From the NCBI RefSeq assembly GCF_002087085.1, contig NZ_MWQY01000002.1, positions 248,001-312,000 on the forward strand: a stretch of DNA of 64,000 nucleotides, read 5' to 3'. The position numbers and the translations under genes are program-made. Numbering within the stretch: position 1 is the first letter of the stretch; every line of letters starts with the position of its first letter. Shown here piece by piece: positions 20,195 to 29,624 of this stretch. The notes under the pieces are model-generated. The model saw only the letters and a program-made list of their open reading frames with translations. It was not told the DNA's origin and searched no databases.

Positions 20195-21439
20195 TCACCG
20201 TGTATTTTGCAGAATGCTGACGATGGTATCTTTAATCGAGAGAAAAACATCTACAAGCTCAGGATCAAACTGTTTGCCCGCCTTGGTCTTTATATATAAA
20301 AATGCCGACTCTTCATCCCAGGGATCCTTGTAGGTGCGGGGAGAAACCAGGGCATCAAAAACATCTGCTATGGCCACAATTCTGCCGGAGAGGGGAATCT
20401 CCTTACCGGTTTTTCCCGGTCCCGGTTTGAGGGTGTCGGAAAATATATTCTCGACATGGCCGGGATACCCGTTCCCGTCCCAGCGTTCATGGTGGGAGAG
20501 GGTTACCTCAAACGCGACCCTGTCCCATACGGAACTGCGCCTGGAAAAGAGACGGGCGCCGTAAATGGTATGCCAGACCATTGTCTCCTTGTCATCCTCG
20601 GAAAACTCATCTCCCTTTGAAAGAAGCTCGGAATCGAGTCCGACCTTGCCGATATCGTGCAGCAGAGCTGCCAGCCGCAGGGCCTCCTTACCTCTGTTAC
20701 GCTGAACCAGGGGCGTACCCATCCGGGCGCCGAAGGCGTCAAACAGAGCGGCGGAGTACTCCCCCACTCTCTGGGCGTGCAGACGCGATTCGTGGGGATC
20801 CCGCAGCTGGGATATCTCCACAAGACGCAGGATCATCTCTTTTGCAAACTCGGCCTTCTCGAGGGCCATTGCAGCGTGCTGGGCAAAGTAGGAAATAAAA
20901 AGCCTGTCCTGCTGAGAAAAGGGCACAGGGTTTCCTGTTTTATCCAGGGCATTGATCAGCTGAATAACCCCCAGGATTTTCCCTTCAGTATCTTTCAGAG
21001 GAACCGCAAGGATGGACCGGGTACGATAGTTGCTTTTCCTGTCAAACTCCGGATTGAACTCAAAAGAGACATCCCCCGGAATGGAATACACATCATCGAT
21101 CAACAGGGACTGACCTGTCTCGGCAACGAACCCGGCAATGGATTTTGTGTTGGCCGGGATACTGCGCGTCGTATACAGGTACTTGTTGTTTTCCCGTTCC
21201 CCCCGGTGGAAGAGGGTATCGTTTTCTATAAAGGCAAAATAGAGTTGATTATCCCTGAGCTGGTACAGAGTCCCGGCATCGGCTCTGACAAAAGTTCTTG
21301 CTTCATGAAGAATGTTTTCCAGGATAATATCAACATCTTTGAGGGAATGCAGTCTTTCAATAACCTTAAGCAAAGCTCCGGCGTCACGTACAGCAGGCAT
21401 ATGCATAAGTATACCCGTCTTTGGAAAAAACTCAAACAC
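20195..21439 (-). CDS. GAF + HD-GYP cyclic-dinucleotide phosphodiesterase
   Basis: GAF (SIAGFVA, FD..SNYRTRSILAVPL), LLHDIGK, HHERWDGNGYP, IADVFDAL. Confidence 0.9.
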   Translation of the reverse strand: MFEFFPKTGILMHMPAVRDAGALLKVIERLHSLKDVDIILENILHEARTFVRADAGTLYQLRDNQLYFAFIENDTLFHRGERENNKYLYTTRSIPANTKSIAGFVAETGQSLLIDDVYSIPGDVSFEFNPEFDRKSNYRTRSILAVPLKDTEGKILGVIQLINALDKTGNPVPFSQQDRLFISYFAQHAAMALEKAEFAKEMILRLVEISQLRDPHESRLHAQRVGEYSAALFDAFGARMGTPLVQRNRGKEALRLAALLHDIGKVGLDSELLSKGDEFSEDDKETMVWHTIYGARLFSRRSSVWDRVAFEVTLSHHERWDGNGYPGHVENIFSDTLKPGPGKTGKEIPLSGRIVAIADVFDALVSPRTYKDPWDEESAFLYIKTKAGKQFDPELVDVFLSIKDTIVSILQNTR

Positions 21440-21478
21440 AGTTTCTATTTTTTCCGATAAAGGATATGCCGATTATAC

Positions 21479-24298
21479 TCAGAGATTCCGGCCGGACATC
21501 TCAATCCTCGCAAGATAGTCCTTGAGTCGCTTAAGCTCCGATTCGATTTCCTGCAGACAGGCCGGAGCATTCTGCATCGTACCGGCTTTTGCTTCAGCCT
21601 CCAGGAGCTTAGCCGCGGCGCCGACACTTTCAGCCCGGAGATTATAGGCCGCCCCTTTTACAGCATGGCTTTCCCGATGGACGACCAGATCGTCCATCGA
21701 ACTGACTCCCTGACGTATCCGCGCGATACGATCCTCCGCGTCGATAATAAAACCGGAAATGAGATCCCGGACGAAGCTTTTATTGTTGTTGAAATCAGAA
21801 AGGAGTCGTGAGAGATCTATGATTTCCCGGTGCGACGGCTCATTTCCATCCTCCCGGAAAAAATCCTCTGAAGCAGAATCTCCGCCGGAACTGCTCCAGC
21901 GCGCCGCCATATCGATCAGTTCATTCCGGCGGAAGGGTTTTACCAGTATATCGTTCATACCGGCCTCCATATATGCAGCGAAGTCCCTGGAATAGGCATT
22001 GGCCGTAAGGGCGATTACCGGAACAGAAATACCGGAGGAACGGATCCTTCTGACAACCTCGCATCCGTCCATATCCGGCATTGAAATATCCATAAAAACA
22101 CAATCGTATTCCCTGGTAAGAAGCAGATCCAGTGCTTCGGCCCCACCCCGGGCACATGCCACCCGGCAGCCTGCTTCAGCTAAATGGTGCTGTGCAATCG
22201 TGAGATTGCTTGGATAGTCATCCACGACCAGGATTCGGCAGTCAGGGGGAGGCAGCATACGGACAAGGGAATCCGGTCTCACCAGGGGATCGAAGATCCC
22301 GTCAGACTCGACACAACGCATCGGAACCTGTACATCAAAAACTGTCCCTTCCCCGTATACGCTGGAGACCCCGATGGTCCCGCCCATTTTATCAATAATC
22401 AGCTTGGAAATAGCTGTGCCCAGGCCAAAGCCCCGGGCACTCCGGGTGCGCCCCGCCTCCACCTGATAAAATTTGTCGAAAAGCCGTTTCAGATCGGCCT
22501 CTTTAATCCCGATGCCGGTGTCGGAGACGGTAAAATGCAGAAATACGATCTCCTCTGATTCATATTCACCGTCGGCGATCAGCGAAACCCTGCCCCGGGA
22601 GGTGAACTTGATACCGTTATCCAGAAGATTAATCAGTACCTGACGAAGTCTCAGTCCATCACCCAGAACCTGACGGGGCAGACCCGGACTGAGTTCCACA
22701 GAAAATCCTATGCCGCGGGCCTCCGCCTTGGGACGCAGGATCTCCTCAATTGACCGCAGAAGCTCGGGCACATCAAAGGGTTCCTCAATAAGGTCGAGTT
22801 TACCCGCCTCTATCTTGGATATATCGAGGAGCTGATCGATGAGTTCTGAAAGCCGTTGTGACTCTTCGACTATCAGTTCCGCGTACTGACGGGATCCTGC
22901 ATCCTGCCCCAGAGAGCCGGAAAGGGCCTCTCCGAATCCCATTATCGCATTCAAGGGGGTTCGCATCTCATGGCTGACATTGGCGAGAAAATCACTCTTC
23001 GCCCTGTTTGCTGTTTCTGCCCTCTCCGTTGCAGCATCGAGTTCAGCGGTTCGTTGAGCTACAAGGTCCTCGACCCTGGAGGTATAGTTTTCCAGCTCCG
23101 TTCTGGCCCGCATGGTCCTGAGAGCAAGGGAGGTAAAAATAGAGAGGTTGAAAATAAACAACCCCACCCCCTGAAGCCACATGAAGGGAGCTGCATACAG
23201 TCTGTTTCCGGAATCCGTCACCTTCAGTATGGCATAAACCATGTCATGCAGCCCGAAAAGAACGGCAATTACGATTCCGGCGAATATAAAGCGGGCGTCA
23301 GGATTACCGGTGAGCATGGCTTTGACGGTAATATGAAAGATATAAATCAGAACCGGAACCAGGGGAATGAGGGTTATGCTGAAAACGTCGTAGGCTTCGG
23401 ACTCATTTCCCGGAATAACAAGAATTATGGCGCTGAGAACCAGACTGTTGAGAAGAATCAGATACCGCAGCCACTTTCGTTCGTATATGGAAAAGTATTC
23501 CATAAAGGAGACGGCACAAAAGCCGATCGCCAGGGGAAGCGCGGCCTTTGATATGACAAAACTGAGCAGGGGGGGAAGAAAAAACGGTTCATAGGCCATT
23601 CGATAGAAGTAAAAGGCAAAGAACAGATTGGCCGCTCCTATGTAGAGATGAAAAATCTCGTTACGGCGCACCCGGAAATAGATAAGCGTATAGTAGACCA
23701 TGAAGATACAGAAAAAGGTATAAAGCTGGGCGTTAAAAAAATTAATACGCCGGGGGTTTATGAAATTGGAGAGTCCGTTCTTGCGGGCAATCTGGACATC
23801 ATGAACAAAGGCTTCCTGTTCCTGAATATCGAAATCCACAAAAACTTCGTTCACTCCGTTAAAATTGATCCTGTCCCGGGGCAGATCTATTAACGCAATC
23901 CTCCTCTGTTTTACGCTTCCGGTGGAAATCGGGCTGTCCTGCTCATCGAGGAGAGAACCATTCAGAAAAACCCGCAAAGAACCCAACACCTCCGTTTTCA
24001 GCAGAAATCCGCCGACGTTTCGGAACTGCGGGTTCACTGTGAACAGCGCGCGCTGCCGTATCTGTTTCGGCATACTTCCCTGGGGAAAATGCAGTATATC
24101 CCCGGGCTCGAGGAGTTGTCGGTGCTCACTGCCGTTATTCCAGATGATCTCCCATTGATACGCGACAGAACTCGGATCTTCTATTTTGTGAATATGTTTA
24201 GCCGCCGGATCTTCTCCCGAGAGGGGAAAAAGAAAGAGTACAAGAGCAGAGACAAACCAGACCCGCCAGACCGAAACGGAAGAACGATAATTCGCCAT
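21479..24298 (-). CDS. Hybrid sensor histidine kinase (extracellular domain, 7TM, HisKA, HATPase, REC, Hpt)
   Basis: Signal peptide, about 7 TM helices, SHEMRTPLNAI, NLLDNGIKFT, FMDISMPDMDG, HAVKGAA. Confidence 0.92.
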   Translation of the reverse strand: MANYRSSVSVWRVWFVSALVLFLFPLSGEDPAAKHIHKIEDPSSVAYQWEIIWNNGSEHRQLLEPGDILHFPQGSMPKQIRQRALFTVNPQFRNVGGFLLKTEVLGSLRVFLNGSLLDEQDSPISTGSVKQRRIALIDLPRDRINFNGVNEVFVDFDIQEQEAFVHDVQIARKNGLSNFINPRRINFFNAQLYTFFCIFMVYYTLIYFRVRRNEIFHLYIGAANLFFAFYFYRMAYEPFFLPPLLSFVISKAALPLAIGFCAVSFMEYFSIYERKWLRYLILLNSLVLSAIILVIPGNESEAYDVFSITLIPLVPVLIYIFHITVKAMLTGNPDARFIFAGIVIAVLFGLHDMVYAILKVTDSGNRLYAAPFMWLQGVGLFIFNLSIFTSLALRTMRARTELENYTSRVEDLVAQRTAELDAATERAETANRAKSDFLANVSHEMRTPLNAIMGFGEALSGSLGQDAGSRQYAELIVEESQRLSELIDQLLDISKIEAGKLDLIEEPFDVPELLRSIEEILRPKAEARGIGFSVELSPGLPRQVLGDGLRLRQVLINLLDNGIKFTSRGRVSLIADGEYESEEIVFLHFTVSDTGIGIKEADLKRLFDKFYQVEAGRTRSARGFGLGTAISKLIIDKMGGTIGVSSVYGEGTVFDVQVPMRCVESDGIFDPLVRPDSLVRMLPPPDCRILVVDDYPSNLTIAQHHLAEAGCRVACARGGAEALDLLLTREYDCVFMDISMPDMDGCEVVRRIRSSGISVPVIALTANAYSRDFAAYMEAGMNDILVKPFRRNELIDMAARWSSSGGDSASEDFFREDGNEPSHREIIDLSRLLSDFNNNKSFVRDLISGFIIDAEDRIARIRQGVSSMDDLVVHRESHAVKGAAYNLRAESVGAAAKLLEAEAKAGTMQNAPACLQEIESELKRLKDYLARIEMSGRNL

Positions 24299-24397
24299 TT
24301 AAATCCTGTTATTGCTGATATCCGGCTAAAATCCTATCCCAGAATTTGAAAGGGGTCAAACATCTTGATACACTGGGATCGAAAAATGGAGACACGC

Positions 24398-25336
24398 ATG
24401 CTGATTGAGGAGTTGAAAAAGAATCCCGCGCCCGGGCTCGGAAGCGCCGCCTTCGGAGTGATCCACCAGGGACATCAGGACGACAGGGATTCCCTCTCTG
24501 CCCTTATGACAGCCCTGGATGCCGGGGTACGTCATATAGACACCGCCGCCGCCTATGGTTCCGGGCACAGCGAAACAGTTATCGGCAGGCTTATCCGCCG
24601 TCGTCCGTCAGTACGGGACGGACTTGTTCTGGCAAGCAAGGGCGGTATCAAGGGCAGCAAAAAAAACTTTTTAAAAGAGATAGACAACAGTCGCCGTCGG
24701 CTGGGATGCGAGGTGGTCGACATATATTACATCCACTGGCCCATGGAAGGGGTTGATCCCAGGCCCTCCCTGGAGGCGCTGGCTGAAGCCAGGGAGAAAA
24801 GGATCATCCGGTACGCAGGGGTCTCGAACTTCAGCCCCCGACAGCTGCGGTCGGCCCATGCATTCATTCCCCTTGATGCCTGCCAGTTCCCGTACAACCT
24901 GATCTGGAGGAACCCTGAAACCGGACTCATCCCCCTCTGCGGAGAGCTTGGTATTGCCCGCGTCGCCTACGCCGCTCTTGCCCAGGGTTTTCTTACGGGC
25001 AAATATCCGCCGGGGAGCCGGTTTCCCCACGGCGATCACCGGGAGAGAACAGCATTCTTTGCAGAAGAAAATGCCCGGGCTCTGGGGGAGGGACTCAAAA
25101 AACTCAAGGGCCTGTGTGATGCCTATAATACGGCACTCCCGGTCGCGGCATTGCAGTGGATTGTCAGCAGGGAGCACATCGAAAGCGGTTTAGTCGGCGC
25201 CCGTACTGCCAGCCAGGCGAAGGAGAATTTTATTCTGCCTGCAGCCGATCCAGCACTGCTTCGGGAAATTGACAATGAGGGTAAAGAGATTGCTGCCTGC
25301 TTTGGGAATGCAGATACCTTTTTTACCTTTCCCTGA
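24398..25336 (+). CDS. Aldo/keto reductase
   Basis: DTAAAYGSGHSE, ASK, YYIHWP, GVSNF, QFPYNL. Start is uncertain (24365, 24386 or 24398); 24398 has a GGAG SD. Confidence 0.9.
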   Translation: MLIEELKKNPAPGLGSAAFGVIHQGHQDDRDSLSALMTALDAGVRHIDTAAAYGSGHSETVIGRLIRRRPSVRDGLVLASKGGIKGSKKNFLKEIDNSRRRLGCEVVDIYYIHWPMEGVDPRPSLEALAEAREKRIIRYAGVSNFSPRQLRSAHAFIPLDACQFPYNLIWRNPETGLIPLCGELGIARVAYAALAQGFLTGKYPPGSRFPHGDHRERTAFFAEENARALGEGLKKLKGLCDAYNTALPVAALQWIVSREHIESGLVGARTASQAKENFILPAADPALLREIDNEGKEIAACFGNADTFFTFP

Positions 25337-25343
25337 TCAGGGT

Positions 25344-26579
25344 CTATTCCTTGTCGGCGTACTTCTCGGCGATGGTCTGGATGGAAGGCAATACCTCGAA
25401 GAAAATATCCACAAGCTCGGGATCGAACTTGGTTCCCCTCATGCTGCGCATCTCACTGAGAACGTCATCCTCCGACCAGGCCTCTTTATATACCCTTTTG
25501 GACCGAAGGGCGTCATAGACATCGGCAATTGCCACAATACGGCCGAAGAGGGGGATTTCCGTGCCTTTTCTGCCGACGACCTTTTTTCTTCGTCCTAATG
25601 GTTTATTGGTCATGATATCCACATATCCCGGATACCCGGAACCGTCCCAGTTTTCATGATGGGTGAGGACGATTTCCCTTGCGATATCATCCAGTTCCGA
25701 GTGATTATCCACAAAGAGTTTTGCCCCGCTCAGGGTATGGGTCTTCATGATTTCGTACTCTTCATCGTTGAAGCGGGCGGGTTTTTTCAGAATGAGATCA
25801 CTGATCGCGACTTTACCCACATCGTGGAGCATGGCAGCCATACGCAGGTTATCCCGGTTCCGCTGTATCTCGTCCTCCGAGACACCATGATTCAGGGCCC
25901 ACTTCTCATAGATTTCCACCGAAAATCCGGCGACCCGGTTAACATGGGGTCCGGTCTCCTTGGGGTCCCGCAGCTCCGCCATACTGATCATGCGCAGCAG
26001 AATGGCCCTGGTCATCTGGGCCCTCTGCAGCGCCACCGTAACATTGGCTGCGAAATGGGTAACCAGGATCTCGTCCTCCCGGGTAAAGGGACAAATAACC
26101 CCGTCACATCCGATCTTGTTTATGAACTGGATAACCCCCAGTAAATCGTTATTGTTCGTTTTCAAAGGGATAGTGAGCATGGAACAGGAACGGTACCCCG
26201 AAAGCTGGTCGTACTTTTTGTTATACCCATAGGGTGCCCCTTCGGGGAGCTCATAGACATCGCTGATATTCAGCAGTTCTCCGGTGGCAGCGACATACCC
26301 GGATATGGATTTTTTGTCGATGGGAACCTCAAAAAACTTGTAAATAAGCTTGTTCCCCTTGGGCAGTTTGCGCTGCAGGCTGGCATTCTGTGCATAGGAT
26401 ATGGCAAGCTTATCCGCCTTCTTTATATAAATAGAGCCGGCATCGGCCTGCACAACCCGACGGGCTTCCGTGAGGATCCGCTCCAGGAGGATATCGACAT
26501 CCTTGATCTTGTTCAGTTCGGAATCAAGGGTTATTACATCCAATAGTTTTTCTGCATCAGCGCGGTAATCCCCGCTCAT
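25344..26579 (-). CDS. GAF + HD-GYP cyclic-dinucleotide phosphodiesterase (paralog of 20195..21439)
   Basis: ELRDPKETGPHVNRV, MLHDVGK, HHENWDGSGYP, IADVYDAL. Confidence 0.92.
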   Translation of the reverse strand: MSGDYRADAEKLLDVITLDSELNKIKDVDILLERILTEARRVVQADAGSIYIKKADKLAISYAQNASLQRKLPKGNKLIYKFFEVPIDKKSISGYVAATGELLNISDVYELPEGAPYGYNKKYDQLSGYRSCSMLTIPLKTNNNDLLGVIQFINKIGCDGVICPFTREDEILVTHFAANVTVALQRAQMTRAILLRMISMAELRDPKETGPHVNRVAGFSVEIYEKWALNHGVSEDEIQRNRDNLRMAAMLHDVGKVAISDLILKKPARFNDEEYEIMKTHTLSGAKLFVDNHSELDDIAREIVLTHHENWDGSGYPGYVDIMTNKPLGRRKKVVGRKGTEIPLFGRIVAIADVYDALRSKRVYKEAWSEDDVLSEMRSMRGTKFDPELVDIFFEVLPSIQTIAEKYADKE

Positions 26580-26692
26580 CAAATTCTCACCCCAGGTCTG
26601 GTATAATAATTAAAGGTCATTACCTTAAAATATAAACTGACGGTCCAGGAATGCAAACAGAGCCGTCCCGATTCTTTAAAAGATTTATTGCG

Positions 26693-26926
26693 TCACGCAC
26701 TGAGTTTCTGGAATGCCGGCTCATCCGCTGACAGGGATTCATCTTCAACCAGGTATCCGGTTTCGATACACATCTGAAAAAGCTCGCGGCTGATCCGGTC
26801 CTCATGGATACGTTCATCTTCACCGTTCAGTTTTGTTACAATAAGCAGGATCTCGTCTTCATGTTCTTCAGAAACCTGCACGTAGGTGACTGCCGGATTG
26901 TCTCCCTTAACACGATAGGTCTTCAT
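26693..26926 (-). CDS. Small hypothetical protein (77 aa)
   Basis: Strong GGGAGG SD, protein-like composition, sits in an otherwise empty gap. Confidence 0.7.
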   Translation of the reverse strand: MKTYRVKGDNPAVTYVQVSEEHEDEILLIVTKLNGEDERIHEDRISRELFQMCIETGYLVEDESLSADEPAFQKLSA

Positions 26927-27046
26927 ATCTATCCTCCCGATTTTCCATTTCCTCTTGTATCTTGTGTCTCCTCCATATTTTCGACACTTTGCTTCGCGGC
27001 CTTTACGTAATGTGGTATCAGCCGGAAAACCGGGTATGGAAGAAGA

Positions 27047-27823
27047 TTATCCGGCGGAAGGGACTTCCGGTCCATCCTGAACCGGCAGGTAGTCGAGATT
27101 GACCCTGCTCATTGATTCAAACATTTTATCCTTTACATACTCACCCCGGGAGGCAAGAAGCTCCAGGGCTTTTCTGGCTTCCAGACGTTTCGAGGTCTGC
27201 CCGTAGGGGCAGCTTGTCGCATAGGTGGAGAAACCCATGAGTTCCGCGAACTCTACAATCTCCCGCTCCTTTATATAGCACAGGGGACGGATTACCCGCT
27301 GGGGATACCTGTCGTATTTCATGACCGGCATCATGGTGGAGATTTCGCCTTTATAGGCCATATTCATAAGCAGGGTCTCCAGGACGTCGTCCTGATGATG
27401 CCCCAGGGCTATAACGCCGAAATCATGGGCCTCGGCGTAGCGCAGCAGTTCCATCCTCCGCTGGGTGGAACACCAGTAGCAGTTCAGGCTTCGTCCCGGT
27501 TTCAAGCGTCCCCTTATGGGTACATCCAGAATTTCGTAATCAACACCCCAGGAATCAATGATCTCCTCCATTCGTTCATCCGCCGAACAGCCGCTGAAAT
27601 CGCTCCGGATATGAAGGGCTTTTATATAAAACGGTGTTTTCCAGGATTTCTGCAGTCTGGTCAAAAGATAGAGCATGCTGAGACTGTCCTTTCCTCCCGA
27701 GAGGGCAACGAGGAGACGATCGTTTTCCTTCAGCATTGGAAAGTTAAGAAAGGCACGGGCGAGCTTTTTTGACAGTCTGGCTGCAGTCTGCCTGGCTTCC
27801 CGATCAAGAGGCTTCAGAATCAT
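27047..27823 (-). CDS. ttcA: tRNA 2-thiocytidine biosynthesis protein, TtcA family
   Basis: PP-loop SGGKDS, CYWC..RR, ALGHHQDD, IRPL, C-terminal CPY. Confidence 0.85.
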   Translation of the reverse strand: MILKPLDREARQTAARLSKKLARAFLNFPMLKENDRLLVALSGGKDSLSMLYLLTRLQKSWKTPFYIKALHIRSDFSGCSADERMEEIIDSWGVDYEILDVPIRGRLKPGRSLNCYWCSTQRRMELLRYAEAHDFGVIALGHHQDDVLETLLMNMAYKGEISTMMPVMKYDRYPQRVIRPLCYIKEREIVEFAELMGFSTYATSCPYGQTSKRLEARKALELLASRGEYVKDKMFESMSRVNLDYLPVQDGPEVPSAG

Positions 27824-27906
27824 GCCGGGAGGGTAACAAAAATTAGCAGAAATGTCAGCTATACCGGGATTGACATATTCCCGTTCGTCATCACAGACTG
27901 GGGAGG

Positions 27907-28869
27907 ATGAAGCATATCGAAATAGAAGACCCGAAGCTGCTTGCCCACCTGGAACAGCTTCCTGAAGACGGTCTGGACATATTCATTCTGGACGAAGAAC
28001 GGGACAATGCGGTGCGTGGAGCCGTTCTGAACGCCACCGCCCTCGTCAACGCAATGCGGAGTGCCCATGAACTGGGAATTCTGGAATCCCTTATCCTGGG
28101 CCAGGCCTATATAGGCTCTCTGCTCATGACCCGAAGCCTTAAGGGTACAGGACGGCTGAATCTGGAGATTGGCTGTGCAGGGCCCGTGGCGGGACTTTCC
28201 GTGGAAGCCACAGCTGCGGGGGATGTCCGGGGATACCTGAAGCAGGTACCGATCCCGGTGGAAGCGCCTCTGGAGAGCTTCGACACCTCCCCTTTCTTTG
28301 GTCCGGGGATTCTCACGGTACAGCGTTTTGCTGACAACAGCGACGTGCCTTTTACCGGAAATACGGATCTCTATTACGGAAACATCGGAGAGGATATTGC
28401 CCGTTATTACCTGGTCTCCGAACAGACACGGACATCCGTCTCGGTGAGCATGAAGTTTGACAGAGAGGGGAGAATTATCGGGGCGGGCGGTCTGTTTATC
28501 GAGGCCCTGCCCGGTGCTTCGGACAGTTTTCTTGAAGACATTCAGAAAAGAATATCCTCCATGGATTCAATCGGGGAGACAATCGCCGGGGGAACCGCAA
28601 ATCTTGAAATTCTCGAATCAATCTTTACGGGATGCCGCATGGAAAAAATGGAACACCGCAGTGTCCGTTTCCACTGTCCCTGCTCCCGGGAACGCTTTAA
28701 AGGTTTTATCCGGTCCATGAAACTGGAAGACCTGAATGATATTGCCCGGAAGGGCCCGTTTCCCCTGGTAACCCAGTGCCACAACTGTAACAGCACATAC
28801 ACGTTTTCCCGGGATGAGATTCGGGAACTGCTGGACTCGAGGAACGGCAGCGGGCGGAAGGAATACTAA
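27907..28869 (+). CDS. hslO: Hsp33 redox-regulated chaperone
   Basis: GDVRGY, YY..SEQT, AGGLFIEALPG, Zn motif CPC...CHNC. Confidence 0.92.
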   Translation: MKHIEIEDPKLLAHLEQLPEDGLDIFILDEERDNAVRGAVLNATALVNAMRSAHELGILESLILGQAYIGSLLMTRSLKGTGRLNLEIGCAGPVAGLSVEATAAGDVRGYLKQVPIPVEAPLESFDTSPFFGPGILTVQRFADNSDVPFTGNTDLYYGNIGEDIARYYLVSEQTRTSVSVSMKFDREGRIIGAGGLFIEALPGASDSFLEDIQKRISSMDSIGETIAGGTANLEILESIFTGCRMEKMEHRSVRFHCPCSRERFKGFIRSMKLEDLNDIARKGPFPLVTQCHNCNSTYTFSRDEIRELLDSRNGSGRKEY

Positions 28870-29603
28870 TCGACGTATATCATCCTGCGGGTCATTCCAC
28901 CGTCGACAACGAAATTCTGGCCGGTAATGAAACCCGCCTGGTCAGAAGCAAGATACGCCACCAGGGAGGCAACGTCCCGGGGAACCCCGACCCGTCCCGC
29001 CGGATGCTGACGGTTGTCCTCCAGCGAAAGGGACTCACCCGCGGAGTTTATCCACCCCGGACTGATGGAATTGACCCGGACCTCCGGTCCGAGGCTGACG
29101 GCCAGGGCGTGGGTTAGGGAGGCAAGTCCGCCCTTGCTGGCGGAGTAGGCTTCGGTGCCCGGCTCCGACATGAAGGCCCTGGTTGAACAGATATTGACGA
29201 TAGATCCCCGGGAAGCCCGGAGCATGGGGATACACTGACGGCTCATCAGAAAGGGACCTGTCAAATTGACCGCGAGAACCCGGTTCCAGTCTTCTATACT
29301 CAGGTCCGCCGGGGGGGATGGCTTCCTGACGGCAGCATTATTCACCAGCAGGGACACACCCCCAAAAGCGGATTTGCAGCGGGAAACCGCCAGTTCAACC
29401 TCTGTCTCTGACGCGACATCCGCAGCAATAAAATCGACCCGGCCGGAACCAAAGCGCTCCGACAGGGTCTTCTGTGCCTTCTCTCCCCCGTCGGGGTCGA
29501 TGTCCACAAGCAGAACCCGATAATTATTGGCTTCAAGAAGTACGCGGGCGATCTCAAAGCCGATCCCCCGTGCTGCTCCGCTGATTAGGGCTGTTCTTTC
29601 CAT
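28866..29603 (-). CDS. Short-chain dehydrogenase/reductase
   Basis: SGAARGIG, NNA, YSASK, SPGWI, VDGG. Confidence 0.93.
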   Translation of the reverse strand: MERTALISGAARGIGFEIARVLLEANNYRVLLVDIDPDGGEKAQKTLSERFGSGRVDFIAADVASETEVELAVSRCKSAFGGVSLLVNNAAVRKPSPPADLSIEDWNRVLAVNLTGPFLMSRQCIPMLRASRGSIVNICSTRAFMSEPGTEAYSASKGGLASLTHALAVSLGPEVRVNSISPGWINSAGESLSLEDNRQHPAGRVGVPRDVASLVAYLASDQAGFITGQNFVVDGGMTRRMIYVD

Positions 29604-29624
29604 GGGCCGCGACCTCCCGGAATA

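Noticed and set aside
26583..26692. c-di-GMP riboswitch upstream of the HD-GYP gene
   Set aside because: No GCAAA...GAAA...GACGCAAA core on either strand.
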